This document shows, one piece after another, positions 27,802 through 37,953 of a stretch of DNA of 59,782 nt. Both the position numbers and the translations under genes were made by a program. Within the stretch, counting starts at the first letter, position 1, and each line of letters begins with the position of its first letter. The notes under the pieces are model-generated. The model was not told where the DNA came from. It made no database searches and saw nothing but the letters and a program-made list of their open reading frames with translations. The DNA comes from a virus (Duplodnaviria > Caudoviricetes): positions 1 to 59,782 of IMG/VR virus record IMGVR_UViG_3300028840_006308; one strand, given 5' to 3'.

Positions 27802-28224
27802 ATGGCTACCACGCGCAGCGAGATGATCAAGGCGATGGTGTTCGAGACGTTGAAGGAGAACGGGAACTATCCCCGTGCACCGCGATATCGCCAGTTCTTT
27901 GGCCAGAATTGCGCGCCAATCGTTGAGGGCGGCGATGTGCATCGTCAAACGGGACTCGGCGCCGACATCATCACCAAACTGATTAACGTCGCGGGCGAGG
28001 CCATCGCCATCCCCGAAGGGGCCCCCACGCCGGGGCAGCTGTACGCCGAGGCCGCGCCGCGCGTGCAGCGGATCCTCAAGCAATACGACGAGGCCTCCCC
28101 GCACATCGACTGGGTCAACCGCAACTGGCCGACCCTGGCGATAACCCTGATCCTCGGCGGCACCGTGGCCGTCGTGGGCGGGAACGCGCTCTACGACTGG
28201 CTCAAGAAGCCCCGCAAGAAGTGA
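27802..28224 (+). CDS. Membrane protein, last clear gene of the + block
   Basis: C-terminal TM followed by KKPRKK. Confidence 0.65.
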   Translation: MATTRSEMIKAMVFETLKENGNYPRAPRYRQFFGQNCAPIVEGGDVHRQTGLGADIITKLINVAGEAIAIPEGAPTPGQLYAEAAPRVQRILKQYDEASPHIDWVNRNWPTLAITLILGGTVAVVGGNALYDWLKKPRKK

Positions 28225-28500
28225 GCTCTCTCGAGGACCGTCGGCCTGGCGCTTCTCGCCTTGGCACCTGCCCCGTCGCCCTGGTGGCTTTTGCTAAGCG
28301 TCTTGTGCGCGATGATCTTGCTGGTAATAATCCACCGGCTCCCAAAGCATCGCGGGTAGCCGACAAGCCAACTCCGCCCCCCGCCGGGCGCCGCTAGTCC
28401 CCGCCTCCTTTCCTCCGGTGCGGTGCCGGAGTTAAGAAGGGGCAACGCGGTGCCCGGTCTTTTTATGGGAAGTGCTAAATGTGCACCAATTAGCAGTTGG

Positions 28501-29812
28501 TTAGCACTTGCCCTCGTCATAGAAGATGCGAGTATCCAGCCAGGAACCATCGAAAAAGCAGCCTCTCCCAGTCGTTATCCGCACTAGTCGACCGTCAAGA
28601 CGATATGTGCATACCTGCTCAAGATGCAGAAGCCCCCAAGCGCCAGCCCGCACAAAGGCCCATAGGATCCGCGTCCAGCGCATCAGTCGTATTCCCCGCA
28701 GATGATCATCATTAGGGCCACCACGGCACCAAGAGGCCAGAAGAAGAGGAACAACCAGAAGTCTTTCCAGCTAAAGGGCGGCACATGGTGATCGTCTCGC
28801 TCAAGCTGCCGCAGCTGTACCTCCTTCACCCGCAGGAGAGAGGCAAAGGCGCCTCCTGCCAGGAGGTACATGACGGCGAAGACGATCAACGCGATCATCG
28901 CTCCTCCTTCATCTCATCGGCTATCTTGCGGACCTCTTCTGTAAGCTCGTCGGCCAGCTCCTCGATACTCTTGGGCCACTTCTCCTCGCCGGGGTAGGGA
29001 TGGAGCTTGCGCACCGCGTAGACCTTGCCGCCGCAGGGACAGATGCCTATCACGACGGCGTTCCCCTTCGACCGGGAGCACTCAAGTGCCGATTTCATAA
29101 GCTCTCGGGCCGTGTGTTGCGGTTTTCGCGGTTCTGCCTTCGATGGGCCTGTTCCTCGCGAATAGGTTAGCCCAATCGCGAGGAATGAGCCGGTCAAAAG
29201 GGCTCCCATGATTGCCGCGATAATCTTCGCCTCTTTATGCCAGGTCATGTTGCCTCCTTGGTAGACGGGCGCTTTTTCTTGGCCTCATCAACAAGATACT
29301 GGAGAATCGCACCGAAGTCTGCCTCGTCTCGAAACCAGTACTGGTCGGTGAACTCCGCCGCCAGGCGCTTCATGAGCTCTTCATCGTTAGGGTCCAGGAC
29401 CCAATCGGTCATGTCGCCAACCCGGATGGCCAGCATGCTATCCAGTTTTAGCTTACTCATCTCTACCTCCAGAAGAAGATAATCGCGTTACACAGGCCGA
29501 ACATCCAGGCGAGGATGGCGGCCTTCCAGTGGCCGTCGAAGGCGTCCAAGCTCCCCGCCGCTATGAAGCAGGCCACCATGAGCCCGTAGATGCAGAGCTT
29601 GATCGTGGTCACCGCTTCTTTCCCCTCTCCTCTATCCGCCGCATGTAGCTGTAGAGGCACGACTCGCACAGCAGGGGGCCCTTGTCATCCTCCTCGGTCG
29701 AGTAGAAGTCGAAATCTGGCCGACAGACGGCCTCGATGCCGCAGTTCGAGCACCGGCACAACCGGTTACGCCGGTCGGTGCCTCCCTCGGTGATGACTTG
29801 CTCGGCTACCAT
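28501..29812 (-). other. Run of short - strand ORFs, several hydrophobic (28501-28683, 28683-28898, 28895-29248, 29245-29460, 29463-about 29612, 29609-29812)
   Basis: Overlapping start/stop tiling with RBSs; no recognisable families. Confidence 0.55.
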
Positions 29813-29890
29813 GGTGCCTCCAGGGGCTATGGCAGGGGGGCGAAGAAGAACCTACCGGTCGGGCCCGAGCGGCAGGTGAAGAACGCCCCC

Positions 29891-30505
29891 CTACCGGAGC
29901 TGCAGCTTGTCCATGTCCACGTCGTCGAGGAATTGGAGCGTGTCCCCCGGGCGATAGCGGACGTCGAGGCCCAAGTTATCGAGGACCCATTGGTCGGCCG
30001 CGGGCTCGGCGCTGCCCTCATCGTCGACCCCGCTCATCACGTGTCCCACCTCGTGGGCTATTATCCCGGCCACCGTGGGCATCTCGAGGTCGTCCATGGC
30101 CGGATGCACGCAGATTGCGTTGGGATGGTGGAAGGCGTGCGCGACGTATCGCTCCTTCGCCTCGTGGTCCTTGTAGAGCTCGGGGCACATGCCTTTGAGG
30201 TGGACCTTGGAGATGGAGACTCCGCGATTGGCCGCGTAGCGCTTGAGGGCTTTCAGGGCGGCTTTGGCCTTGTGCGGGATGTACTTGCCGTGCCGCACGG
30301 ACATGGCCCACGCCCAGGCGTCCTCGCCCCGGAAGGGCTCTTTGCCCTCGCGGGACTTGGGCAGGCCCAGGCGCCCCTGGCTTATCTCGTACTCGCGGGC
30401 CACCTGGCGCACGCGTTTCTCCCCCACCCCGGCCAGCGCGGCCACCTCATCGGTCGACATCCAGGCGGGCAGTCCCTCGGGCGGGCTCGGTATCCTGGTG
30501 TTCAT
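29891..30505 (-). CDS. HTH plus HExxH metallopeptidase-like protein
   Basis: STDEVAALAGVGEKRVRQVA; IIAHEVGH...EPAADQW. Confidence 0.65.
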   Translation of the reverse strand: MNTRIPSPPEGLPAWMSTDEVAALAGVGEKRVRQVAREYEISQGRLGLPKSREGKEPFRGEDAWAWAMSVRHGKYIPHKAKAALKALKRYAANRGVSISKVHLKGMCPELYKDHEAKERYVAHAFHHPNAICVHPAMDDLEMPTVAGIIAHEVGHVMSGVDDEGSAEPAADQWVLDNLGLDVRYRPGDTLQFLDDVDMDKLQLR

Positions 30506-30507
30506 GG

Positions 30508-31914
30508 TTACTCCTCGATCAACTTCAGGAATCGGGCGTACTGGTAGCAGAGGACGAAATCCCCCGAGCCGTACCAGCGTTTTTTGCTGCCTCCGGCGTC
30601 GAGCTTGAAGGGCGTCTTTACCGGGTAGAACCCCATGCGCGGCGCCATGAACCACGGCAGTGGGTCCTTGGCGACGTACCCCGAGATGCCCTTGCGCTTG
30701 AGGGGCAGGTCCGGCCGGTTCGAGTTGACTATCTCGCGCTCGCGCCTCGGCAGTTTCGGGTAGGTCTTGAGGCGTTTCGCTATGACGGCCCCCAGGCGCT
30801 TCCGGTCCTTGCCCGTGAGCTCGTAATAGACCCCGTACCAGAGCGCGTTCTCCCAAGATGCCGTCTTCTGCCACCACACTCTCAGGGCCTTCTCGTACTC
30901 GCGCGTGGTGGCATCGGTCCTGGGGTGGGTAGGCAAGAGCATGGCGAGTGCTGCCATGGTGCCGAGGTGGCTCGAGCCCTTGCCTACCCGGAGGTCGCCA
31001 ATCTCGATGGTCGCGCGGTACACGTTGCGGTGGCGGCCCTCCTTCACGAAGGTGTCGTACCAGAGCAAAAACTTGGGATCCCTCGTGTGATGATAAGCCA
31101 TGCTCATCACCGCGAGGCAGTTGAGGTTGTACTTCTCGGCCAGGTTCACGTAGGTCTTCTTGTATTTGCCGTAACCCATCGTGATGTGCCCCACGCCGGG
31201 CAGGAAGACCTTGGGTCCCCGCAGCAGGAAGAACGGAATGTCCGTGGGGAACCCATCGGGCTTCTTGAGCGTGAATCCGGTGGTCACGAGGTCGTCGCAG
31301 ATGTCCTTTAAGGTCTCGAGCGAGAGCTTATAGAGCTCGACGTCCTTGCCCTTGAGGTGCGTCACGGCCACGTGCAGGCCGTAGAGCGTCCCCATGTATT
31401 GTCCCGGGCTGGGTCCCCTCGCGTAGTACATATAGCCCTCATACGGCGCCTTACACCTGATGAACTTGTGGGCACCTTTTACGGGGCAATCCGTGCTCGT
31501 AAAGCCCCGGGGCAAGTACCCGCGCCGCCCGCAAGCCAGGGTCTTCAGGCGGTGCTGCGCTAGCGCCTTCCGCAAGTGGGCCTTTTTGGTAGGGTTAGAG
31601 GGGTCGTTGAGGTAGTTGTAGACCAGCCCTGCGGTCAAGTACCCCGAGTAACACGCCTGGTCGCCGAACTCGTCGTAGAGCACCTTCCCCTTCGTCTTGC
31701 GCAGGCACTCGGCCCATCCCGCGTATTTCCAATGATGTGCGAAAAGGGCCGCCTCCGCATCCCGCGAGAAGGCCGCGAGTGTGCCGTTTTGGCGCGTCTT
31801 CCGGGCAGCCTCCACGAGACCCACAGTTTCGCTGTACGGCCTCGGGTCGATATCCTGCCCGGTTAGCTTGCAGCCTGCTAAAAGCGCCACACAGGCGAAC
31901 AGTGCGCGTCTCAT
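30508..31914 (-). CDS. Large lipoprotein of unknown function
   Basis: Lipobox LLAG-C; 468 aa, aromatic-rich and helical. Confidence 0.65.
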   Translation of the reverse strand: MRRALFACVALLAGCKLTGQDIDPRPYSETVGLVEAARKTRQNGTLAAFSRDAEAALFAHHWKYAGWAECLRKTKGKVLYDEFGDQACYSGYLTAGLVYNYLNDPSNPTKKAHLRKALAQHRLKTLACGRRGYLPRGFTSTDCPVKGAHKFIRCKAPYEGYMYYARGPSPGQYMGTLYGLHVAVTHLKGKDVELYKLSLETLKDICDDLVTTGFTLKKPDGFPTDIPFFLLRGPKVFLPGVGHITMGYGKYKKTYVNLAEKYNLNCLAVMSMAYHHTRDPKFLLWYDTFVKEGRHRNVYRATIEIGDLRVGKGSSHLGTMAALAMLLPTHPRTDATTREYEKALRVWWQKTASWENALWYGVYYELTGKDRKRLGAVIAKRLKTYPKLPRREREIVNSNRPDLPLKRKGISGYVAKDPLPWFMAPRMGFYPVKTPFKLDAGGSKKRWYGSGDFVLCYQYARFLKLIEE

Positions 31915-31922
31915 GGCCCCTC

Positions 31923-32874
31923 CTACGCCTCTGGCTTAACTTGCAGAACCTCGAGCTCCCGGGGGTCGCCCTCGAGGATGCCCTTGGCCCGCAAGGTGTT
32001 GACCCGCATCATCAGGTGCTCCTGCACGTAGCCCAGGGAGTCGAGCTTGTCGAGTACCGGCTTCCAGATGCCCGCCAGGCCGGTCGCCCGGTCGTCCTTG
32101 CTCATGTTGGACTTCTTGGCGTTCTCCATGAAGGCCGCGGTCTGGGCGATGGCCCCCGACCACATCTCCTTCAGGGGCGCCAGGACGGTGTCCTCGATGG
32201 CCGCAAAGAGCTCGACGTCCTTCGCCTCATTGATCGGTTTCACCTGCTGTGTCACGTTTCGCCTCCTTTTCTTCTTCCTGAATCTGCCCCCAAAATTCGC
32301 CCACGAGGGCGACCATCTTTACGGATCCGGCCTCAAGGCAGGATCCTTTCTTGCAGAACCAGAACCGATGGCTCTTGGCGTTTGAGGGAAGCCAATCACC
32401 GTGCTGCAACTGAGCATCGACCATCACCGTCAGGTATTCATCGGTCTCGTCCTTCCCAAGCACGTCGCCGCAAACATCGCACGTTATCGTCCGTTTAACA
32501 GGCATCGTTCCTCCTCACTCCATCTCGTGTCCGCAAGCCCCACACGATAGGGGCTCGCTGCCTTTGTAGTCCAGAAAAACCTCGGGGGGCATCTTGCCGC
32601 AAGAATCGCACGCCAGGTAGAGCTTACCGTTGGATGTCAGTACCTCCCAATGCGCTCCGCAGCAGGGGCTGTGGATGCAATCCAGCGCGCCCTTCGCCGC
32701 CGGGGGTATCTGCTCCATGATCTCCGGCGAACGCACCTCCACATCGGGGCCGATGGTTAGATAGCAAGCTTCGCAAACCAGAACGAGGCCATCGCACGTC
32801 CTGCCCAGCTCCCAGTGCTTGCCGCAGCACTTGCTGTGGATGTAGCCGTCAGCCCTTACGCTTTCCGCCCGCAT
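31923..32874 (-). other. Three short ORFs (31923-32255, 32227-32505, 32515-about 32874), two Cys-rich
   Basis: Tiling; duplicated HSxCCGxHWE motif in the last ORF. Confidence 0.55.
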
Positions 32875-33454
32875 TCTCTTTCTCCCACCGGATGAAGTCC
32901 TTGGCCAGCTTCTCGTACTTCTCGGCCTTGACCCTCTCCTTGATGCGCATCTCACGCTTGAGGTAGTGGATGTCCTTGGTCGCCTTCCAGAGCGTAACTC
33001 CGCGATAGTTGCGGAGCGAGTGGAATGAGAAGTTCTCGTCGAACCCGAGCCCCTTGATAAGCAGGCGCCAGTACTTGATGATGGTCTGGTTCTGTTGTGG
33101 CTCGTCTTTCTTCGGCTTCGGGAACAGGTATCGGCTCCCACGCGGCAGGGTCTTGATGTGCTTGCGGATCTTGTCGATGGTCTCCTGCGTGGCTATCACC
33201 CCCGCCTCCGGAGGGCTCCGCCGCCCGGGACGGACCTTGATGCGGTTGATGCACGGGACCATGACCCAGCTCTTGTAGCAGTATCGCAGGCAGTCGGTCC
33301 GCATCTTGGCCAGGTCGCCCACGGCTATGCCCAGGGCACCCGCCAGGTAGACCATCATGTGCATGCGCGGGTCGGACTCCTCGGTCTCGCGCAGAATGTA
33401 CGCGAACTCCTCGGCGGTGAGGGTGTTGAAGCGCGGGCGGTTTACGAGGGGGAT
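32849..33454 (-). CDS. Degenerate tyrosine-recombinase-like protein (probable ATC start)
   Basis: FSFHSLRN and the C-terminal Tyr are present, but box I reads GIAVGD (Arg lost); the frame is open to ATC at 33454 after AGGAGG. Confidence 0.65.
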   Translation of the reverse strand: MPLVNRPRFNTLTAEEFAYILRETEESDPRMHMMVYLAGALGIAVGDLAKMRTDCLRYCYKSWVMVPCINRIKVRPGRRSPPEAGVIATQETIDKIRKHIKTLPRGSRYLFPKPKKDEPQQNQTIIKYWRLLIKGLGFDENFSFHSLRNYRGVTLWKATKDIHYLKREMRIKERVKAEKYEKLAKDFIRWEKENAGGKRKG

Positions 33455-33468
33455 GGCTTGGCCTCCTG

Positions 33469-33681
33469 CTAGGTGTCCAGCAGGACGTCGAGCGTGTCGT
33501 AGATGGTTACGGCGTCCTCGCGCGTAAAGGTGGCCTTGTGCTCCTTGTCGCCTATCTTGAACGCCACCAGGAACAGCTCATCGATGCCCTCCACCGGAGG
33601 GATTTCGCTGTTTCCGTCTACCCGGCGCACCTCGGTGAGCGGCGTGGGGCCGAAACGCAGGTGAATAGGTTCAACGGTCAT
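33469..33681 (-). CDS. Hypothetical protein
   Basis: Tiling ORF with RBS. Confidence 0.55.
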   Translation of the reverse strand: MTVEPIHLRFGPTPLTEVRRVDGNSEIPPVEGIDELFLVAFKIGDKEHKATFTREDAVTIYDTLDVLLDT

Positions 33682-34473
33682 CTAGTCGCCCTCCTGAAAG
33701 AACATCGTGAATTGGTCCTCATCTTGTTTCGCGTAGGCGCTATCGCGGTCCAGCCACCATTCCCAATACTCCTCAGCACTGGCGAACTTCGCGCGCAGGG
33801 CTTCGCTCTTCGTGTAGAACTTGAAAGCCGCACGGCGCGTGGCCTCCCATATCCCGGGCCACAGATCCATGCCCTCTGCAATTCGTCGCTCGCTGGGGCA
33901 GATAACGCATCCCAAGCGTTTCCAGCCATGATCGTAGAGCTCGCAATAGGGCAATCCACGGTCGCGGATGAACCACCACACCATCTCCTCGGTCCAGTGC
34001 TTGATGGCATGGAAGAAGGTGATGCTCCCATCCTTCATACATGCCTCTACTTGGCGGCGATTCTTGCGGCGGGGGCTTTCTTCGCTGCGAATTCCGGTTA
34101 TGACCCGTCGACCGGCCCCAGCCCCATCTTTGTACTCATCGCAGCACCACTTTCTCCGGTGAAGCGGCAGACCGCGCCGAGCTATCTGTGTGAATATGCT
34201 TTGCCCATTCTTGGGTCTCTCGAACCTCACGTCGGGGTGCTCCCTCCGGATGAACTTGATCAGCTCGGGGGGGTCGCATGTGGTTACGTTGTAGTGCGCA
34301 TCGAACTTAACTCCGGCCTCAACGGCCAGCTGCTTGATAGAGATGGAATCCTTGCCCCCACTGAACGCCAGCCAGTAACCCTCATCTGGCTCAAACTCCC
34401 GCAGAAGGTCGATGCTCATCTGCACGGGGCACCGGTCGAATAGATCCACGAAGGGTGAGGGGCGCGTTGTCAT
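33682..34473 (-). CDS. PAPS-reductase-family (PP-loop) protein
   Basis: AFSGGKDS, KWCCDEYK, GIRSEESPRR, RLGCVICP. Confidence 0.88.
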   Translation of the reverse strand: MTTRPSPFVDLFDRCPVQMSIDLLREFEPDEGYWLAFSGGKDSISIKQLAVEAGVKFDAHYNVTTCDPPELIKFIRREHPDVRFERPKNGQSIFTQIARRGLPLHRRKWCCDEYKDGAGAGRRVITGIRSEESPRRKNRRQVEACMKDGSITFFHAIKHWTEEMVWWFIRDRGLPYCELYDHGWKRLGCVICPSERRIAEGMDLWPGIWEATRRAAFKFYTKSEALRAKFASAEEYWEWWLDRDSAYAKQDEDQFTMFFQEGD

Positions 34474-35291
34474 GCGGGCACGCCCCTCTTGCGCATGATG
34501 CTGCGGGTTGCCGCCGGGCGCGCCCAGCCCCGTTGGAACTTGTGCCATTCCGGATCGGTGTCGCCCTTGCCGTTCTTATAGAGCATGGCCATGGGCATGA
34601 ACCCCGCCTCCCAAGCCTCCACCAGGCGCTTTTCGGCGGCCTTCATGGTATCCTTCGGCCATCCCATCAGCACGTAGCATCGGAGATGACTACGAGTGAA
34701 ATCCGCGTATTGCAGCAGCTTGGCCGCCTCTACAAGAGGCTCCAGGTCGTCGGGCGTATCATAGGCAAAGAACATCTGCGATGGGCGAACCTCCCACAGG
34801 GCATTCACGTGCCAAGGCTTGAGGCGCGCGGCCTCCAGTCCTCCTGTAAGCTCGATGCGGCGGTTCTGCCTGCCCAGCATGGACATCACCTTAAGGATAT
34901 GCTCTTCTGAGCACGCTAGGAGATTGCTATCGAGCAGGTTCCAACCGTCGTGAACTTCCAGCTCGCGGATGCCACCCTCTCGCTTGGGGACATCGCAGAA
35001 CCAGCAATTGTTCGGGCATCCCCGGCTGGTGATGACGTAGCCCTCTTTCAGGTACTGACCGGGCACGAACGCGCCGCCGGGGTCGCCCAGGGCGGGTCCG
35101 CCCATCTTGACCGGCGCCACACGCTCCCAGTCCTTGGCCAACTCTTCTGCCTTGGGGATGTCGTAGCTGAAAGCTACCGATATGTGTACCTCATCGGCCT
35201 CGGAGTACATATCGGGGGGCCCAAAGTAGGCGAGATCGTCATCGGGGCTGGCATGCGTCTTTCGGGGAAAGACCCGAACAATGCGACTCAT
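34470..35291 (-). CDS. Radical SAM protein
   Basis: TSRGCPNNCWFC (CX3CX2C). Confidence 0.85.
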   Translation of the reverse strand: MSRIVRVFPRKTHASPDDDLAYFGPPDMYSEADEVHISVAFSYDIPKAEELAKDWERVAPVKMGGPALGDPGGAFVPGQYLKEGYVITSRGCPNNCWFCDVPKREGGIRELEVHDGWNLLDSNLLACSEEHILKVMSMLGRQNRRIELTGGLEAARLKPWHVNALWEVRPSQMFFAYDTPDDLEPLVEAAKLLQYADFTRSHLRCYVLMGWPKDTMKAAEKRLVEAWEAGFMPMAMLYKNGKGDTDPEWHKFQRGWARPAATRSIMRKRGVPA

Positions 35292-37357
35292 GCCCTTTTC
35301 TCCCTGTAGCTATTGAGGTCCGTCCCGCACTTAGGGCACCAGCGCAGGCGCCCTGTGCCCCGGCATTCTGTACAGATGAGGTATTCCTCGCCAGGCGCGA
35401 AATTCACCGCGTCCTCCTCGTGTTCGTCAACCCATCCATCCTCACACAAGAGGTTGTCGCAGCAGCGCGTGTGCGTGGGATGTTGGCCGCACTTGGGGCA
35501 GACGACCTCGAGAAGCTCGTAGTCATCCATTGCGCTCGGCCTCGGATATCATGGCCAGAATTACATCACAGGCCTCTGTGTGTTTCTTGAACATTGGGTT
35601 ATCGAGGCTCTTCTGGCACCAACACAGGCGGCCGTTATCGAGCCTGCCCTGGTCCTTGAGTAGCTTGATCAATGTCTTTTCTCGGAGGAGCGCGCACTCC
35701 AACTTGGCGTGGAGCTCCTCATACTGGTCTTGCAGCTTATCGGCCACCTCTCTCCACTTCCCGATCTCGCCCCGTAGCGCAGGCAACAGCGGGCAAACAG
35801 CCGTGTGGCACTCGGGGCCTGGGTTGTCCTCATTGCAGCAAAGAGAACCGGGGCCATTGGCGTTCCAGTGATGGCAGGTCACTTCTTCTCCTTGTATTCG
35901 TGACCAGTCATCCGCGGGTCTCCGCCTCCACTCGTGGAGCAACGCGAAAGGATTTGCAGATATCCACCTTGGTGCCGCATTCCGTGTACTGGTCCGCGCT
36001 CGTCTGGGCAACGACAGGACAATGCTTCAAGAAAGCCCATATGGCCACCGTGGCTTTCTCCACGTAAAGAGGCAGGGATTGATTGCCAATTTTCTCCCAC
36101 CAGCCTGATGGGGGCTCCTGGTCCATCCCCAGCATGCCCCACGCGCGAAGGTCCCGCACTAAGAGGGCCCTCCCCGCATCTTCCAGCTTCTTGCACACTT
36201 CGCTGGGGATATCCTCCCGCGTTGGCAAATTCATCGCCATTACTTCTTCTCCTTCTCCCTCGGCGGACGAATCTCCACTACGTGGCCCCCGAAAGCCGGG
36301 CACTGCTTGCTGGGCCGGAAACTGGCGTTCATCCAGCCCATGGAGCAGGTTCGCATGTTGTAGGCGCTGCTCCAGCCGCAGGCGAAGCACGTCTGGCTGC
36401 ACTTGCCGTCCTTGCGGACCAGGGCCCGGAGTATCTTGGGCTTGTTGTCGAACTTGCCGGTCACTTCTTGGCCTTCCTCGGCACCAGGCGCTCGGGCTTC
36501 ACGTAGCGGACACGGCTGATGTGCGAGCGTCCCCGCCAGTAGCGGTCACCGAACACCTGCACCTTGGCGTTGCCGGTATCCGTATATCCCAAGAGCACGC
36601 AGGGCATGGTGTAGTTGGTCCGTGCCCGTCCGAGGCAATGGCTGCACTCAAGCTCGTGCGTGGCGTCGTCTATGGTGTATTCGGGCATCACGCCTCTTTC
36701 CCCAGCAGCTCGCGGATTTCCGTGAGCGTGCTCTTGCAATCGGGACAGTCGGCGATTTCGGGGTGGTTGTCGTGGACGTAGAGCACGTCCTCCAGCAACC
36801 TTCGCATGTCGTCGATCATGCGCCCCGCCCCGGCAAAGGACTCGGCCAACGCCTCACCGTAGCCCTCGGGCTCGATGTTGGTGTATATCCGGGCCACCTC
36901 GACGGCACCGAGCATCAGGTGCGTGTACCCGTCGCGCTTCTCGATCAACATCAGCTCACGCACTCCGGCCCCGTTACCCAGCTCGGCAACCATCTCGCTC
37001 GGGGTCATCTTCTTCGGGTAACGGCATCCGACCGCCAGCTCCGGTTCCGGATGCCACTTGTAGTCTACGGCTCCCATCTCATTCCTCCTCAAGTGCCTCG
37101 TCTGCCGCTTCGCAGGCAGCCTTATAGTTAGCATTCGCGGTTGGTAAACTCGCCTCAGCACGATGGAAATAACGGAGCAAGATCATCTCCCGGACCGCCA
37201 CTATTTGAGCATCGCCCTCTTCGGTGCCTCCCTCAAACCAGAATGCCTCGAACGCGGCCATGTTGCCCTCGCGCACCTCGGCGGCGAGTTTCATAAGGGT
37301 CGCGGCGACTTGCTCGCAGTCCTTGGCCGCCAGCTCCTTCTGCTCCTTGAAGTCCAT
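35288..37357 (-). other. Run of about seven short ORFs, mostly Cys-rich
   Basis: Tiling ORFs 35288-35530, 35523-, 35908-, 36240-36464, 36461-, 36688-, 37079-37357. Confidence 0.55.
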
Positions 37358-37953
37358 CAGTCGCCCTCCCGATGCTTATCCTCTATCCGCCTGGCGGCTT
37401 CTATCTTCTTCGACTCGTCCATGTGCACGTATATCTCGGTGCTCTGCGTGGTCGTATGCCGGAGCTCGTCGCGCACCGTCACCATGTTACGGGTCTCGTT
37501 CCAGAGCTCCAAGCCCCGGTGATGACGCAGGGCGTGAAAGGATACACCCTCGGGCAGGCCCGCTTTCCGAGCGCACCACTTGAAGATGCGGTCGGCGGTG
37601 CGGGAGCTGATGTGGTCATGACCTCTTCCGGGGAAGAGGTACTGCTGGCGCGCAGGCATTCTCTTGAGATAGGCCGAGAAGAACTTCCGCGCGAAGTCCC
37701 CGATGTGTACGGGGAGCTCGGGCGTATCCTGGCGCTTGAGCGTTGGGATGTAAACGGCGTTCTCGGACAGGTACCGGAAACAGTGGCGGTCGAGGGCCAC
37801 GGCCTCGTTGATGCGTAAGCCCAGGGTCCCGGCGGCGTACAGGAGCGCGTAGGCGTAGGGCCAGGGCGATTTCTTGGCCGCACGGACCAGCTTCTCGAAT
37901 TGCCCGCGGTCGAGGTATTTGTCGCGGTTGCGCTTGCGCTGGCCTTTAAGCAA
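37357..37953 (-). CDS. Tyrosine recombinase, catalytic domain only (about 198 aa)
   Basis: GLRINE, TLK, FHALRH, LRH...TEIY: full R-K-H-R-H-Y set; TTG start after GAGGAGG. Confidence 0.88.
   Translation of the reverse strand: MLKGQRKRNRDKYLDRGQFEKLVRAAKKSPWPYAYALLYAAGTLGLRINEAVALDRHCFRYLSENAVYIPTLKRQDTPELPVHIGDFARKFFSAYLKRMPARQQYLFPGRGHDHISSRTADRIFKWCARKAGLPEGVSFHALRHHRGLELWNETRNMVTVRDELRHTTTQSTEIYVHMDESKKIEAARRIEDKHREGD

Noticed and set aside
6336-28224. Stop-codon reassignment
   Set aside because: Genes tile densely under the standard code, with TAG, TGA and TAA all used as stops.
34340-34375. SGGKDS as the Walker A of a packaging ATPase
   Set aside because: It is the PP-loop of the PAPS-reductase family.
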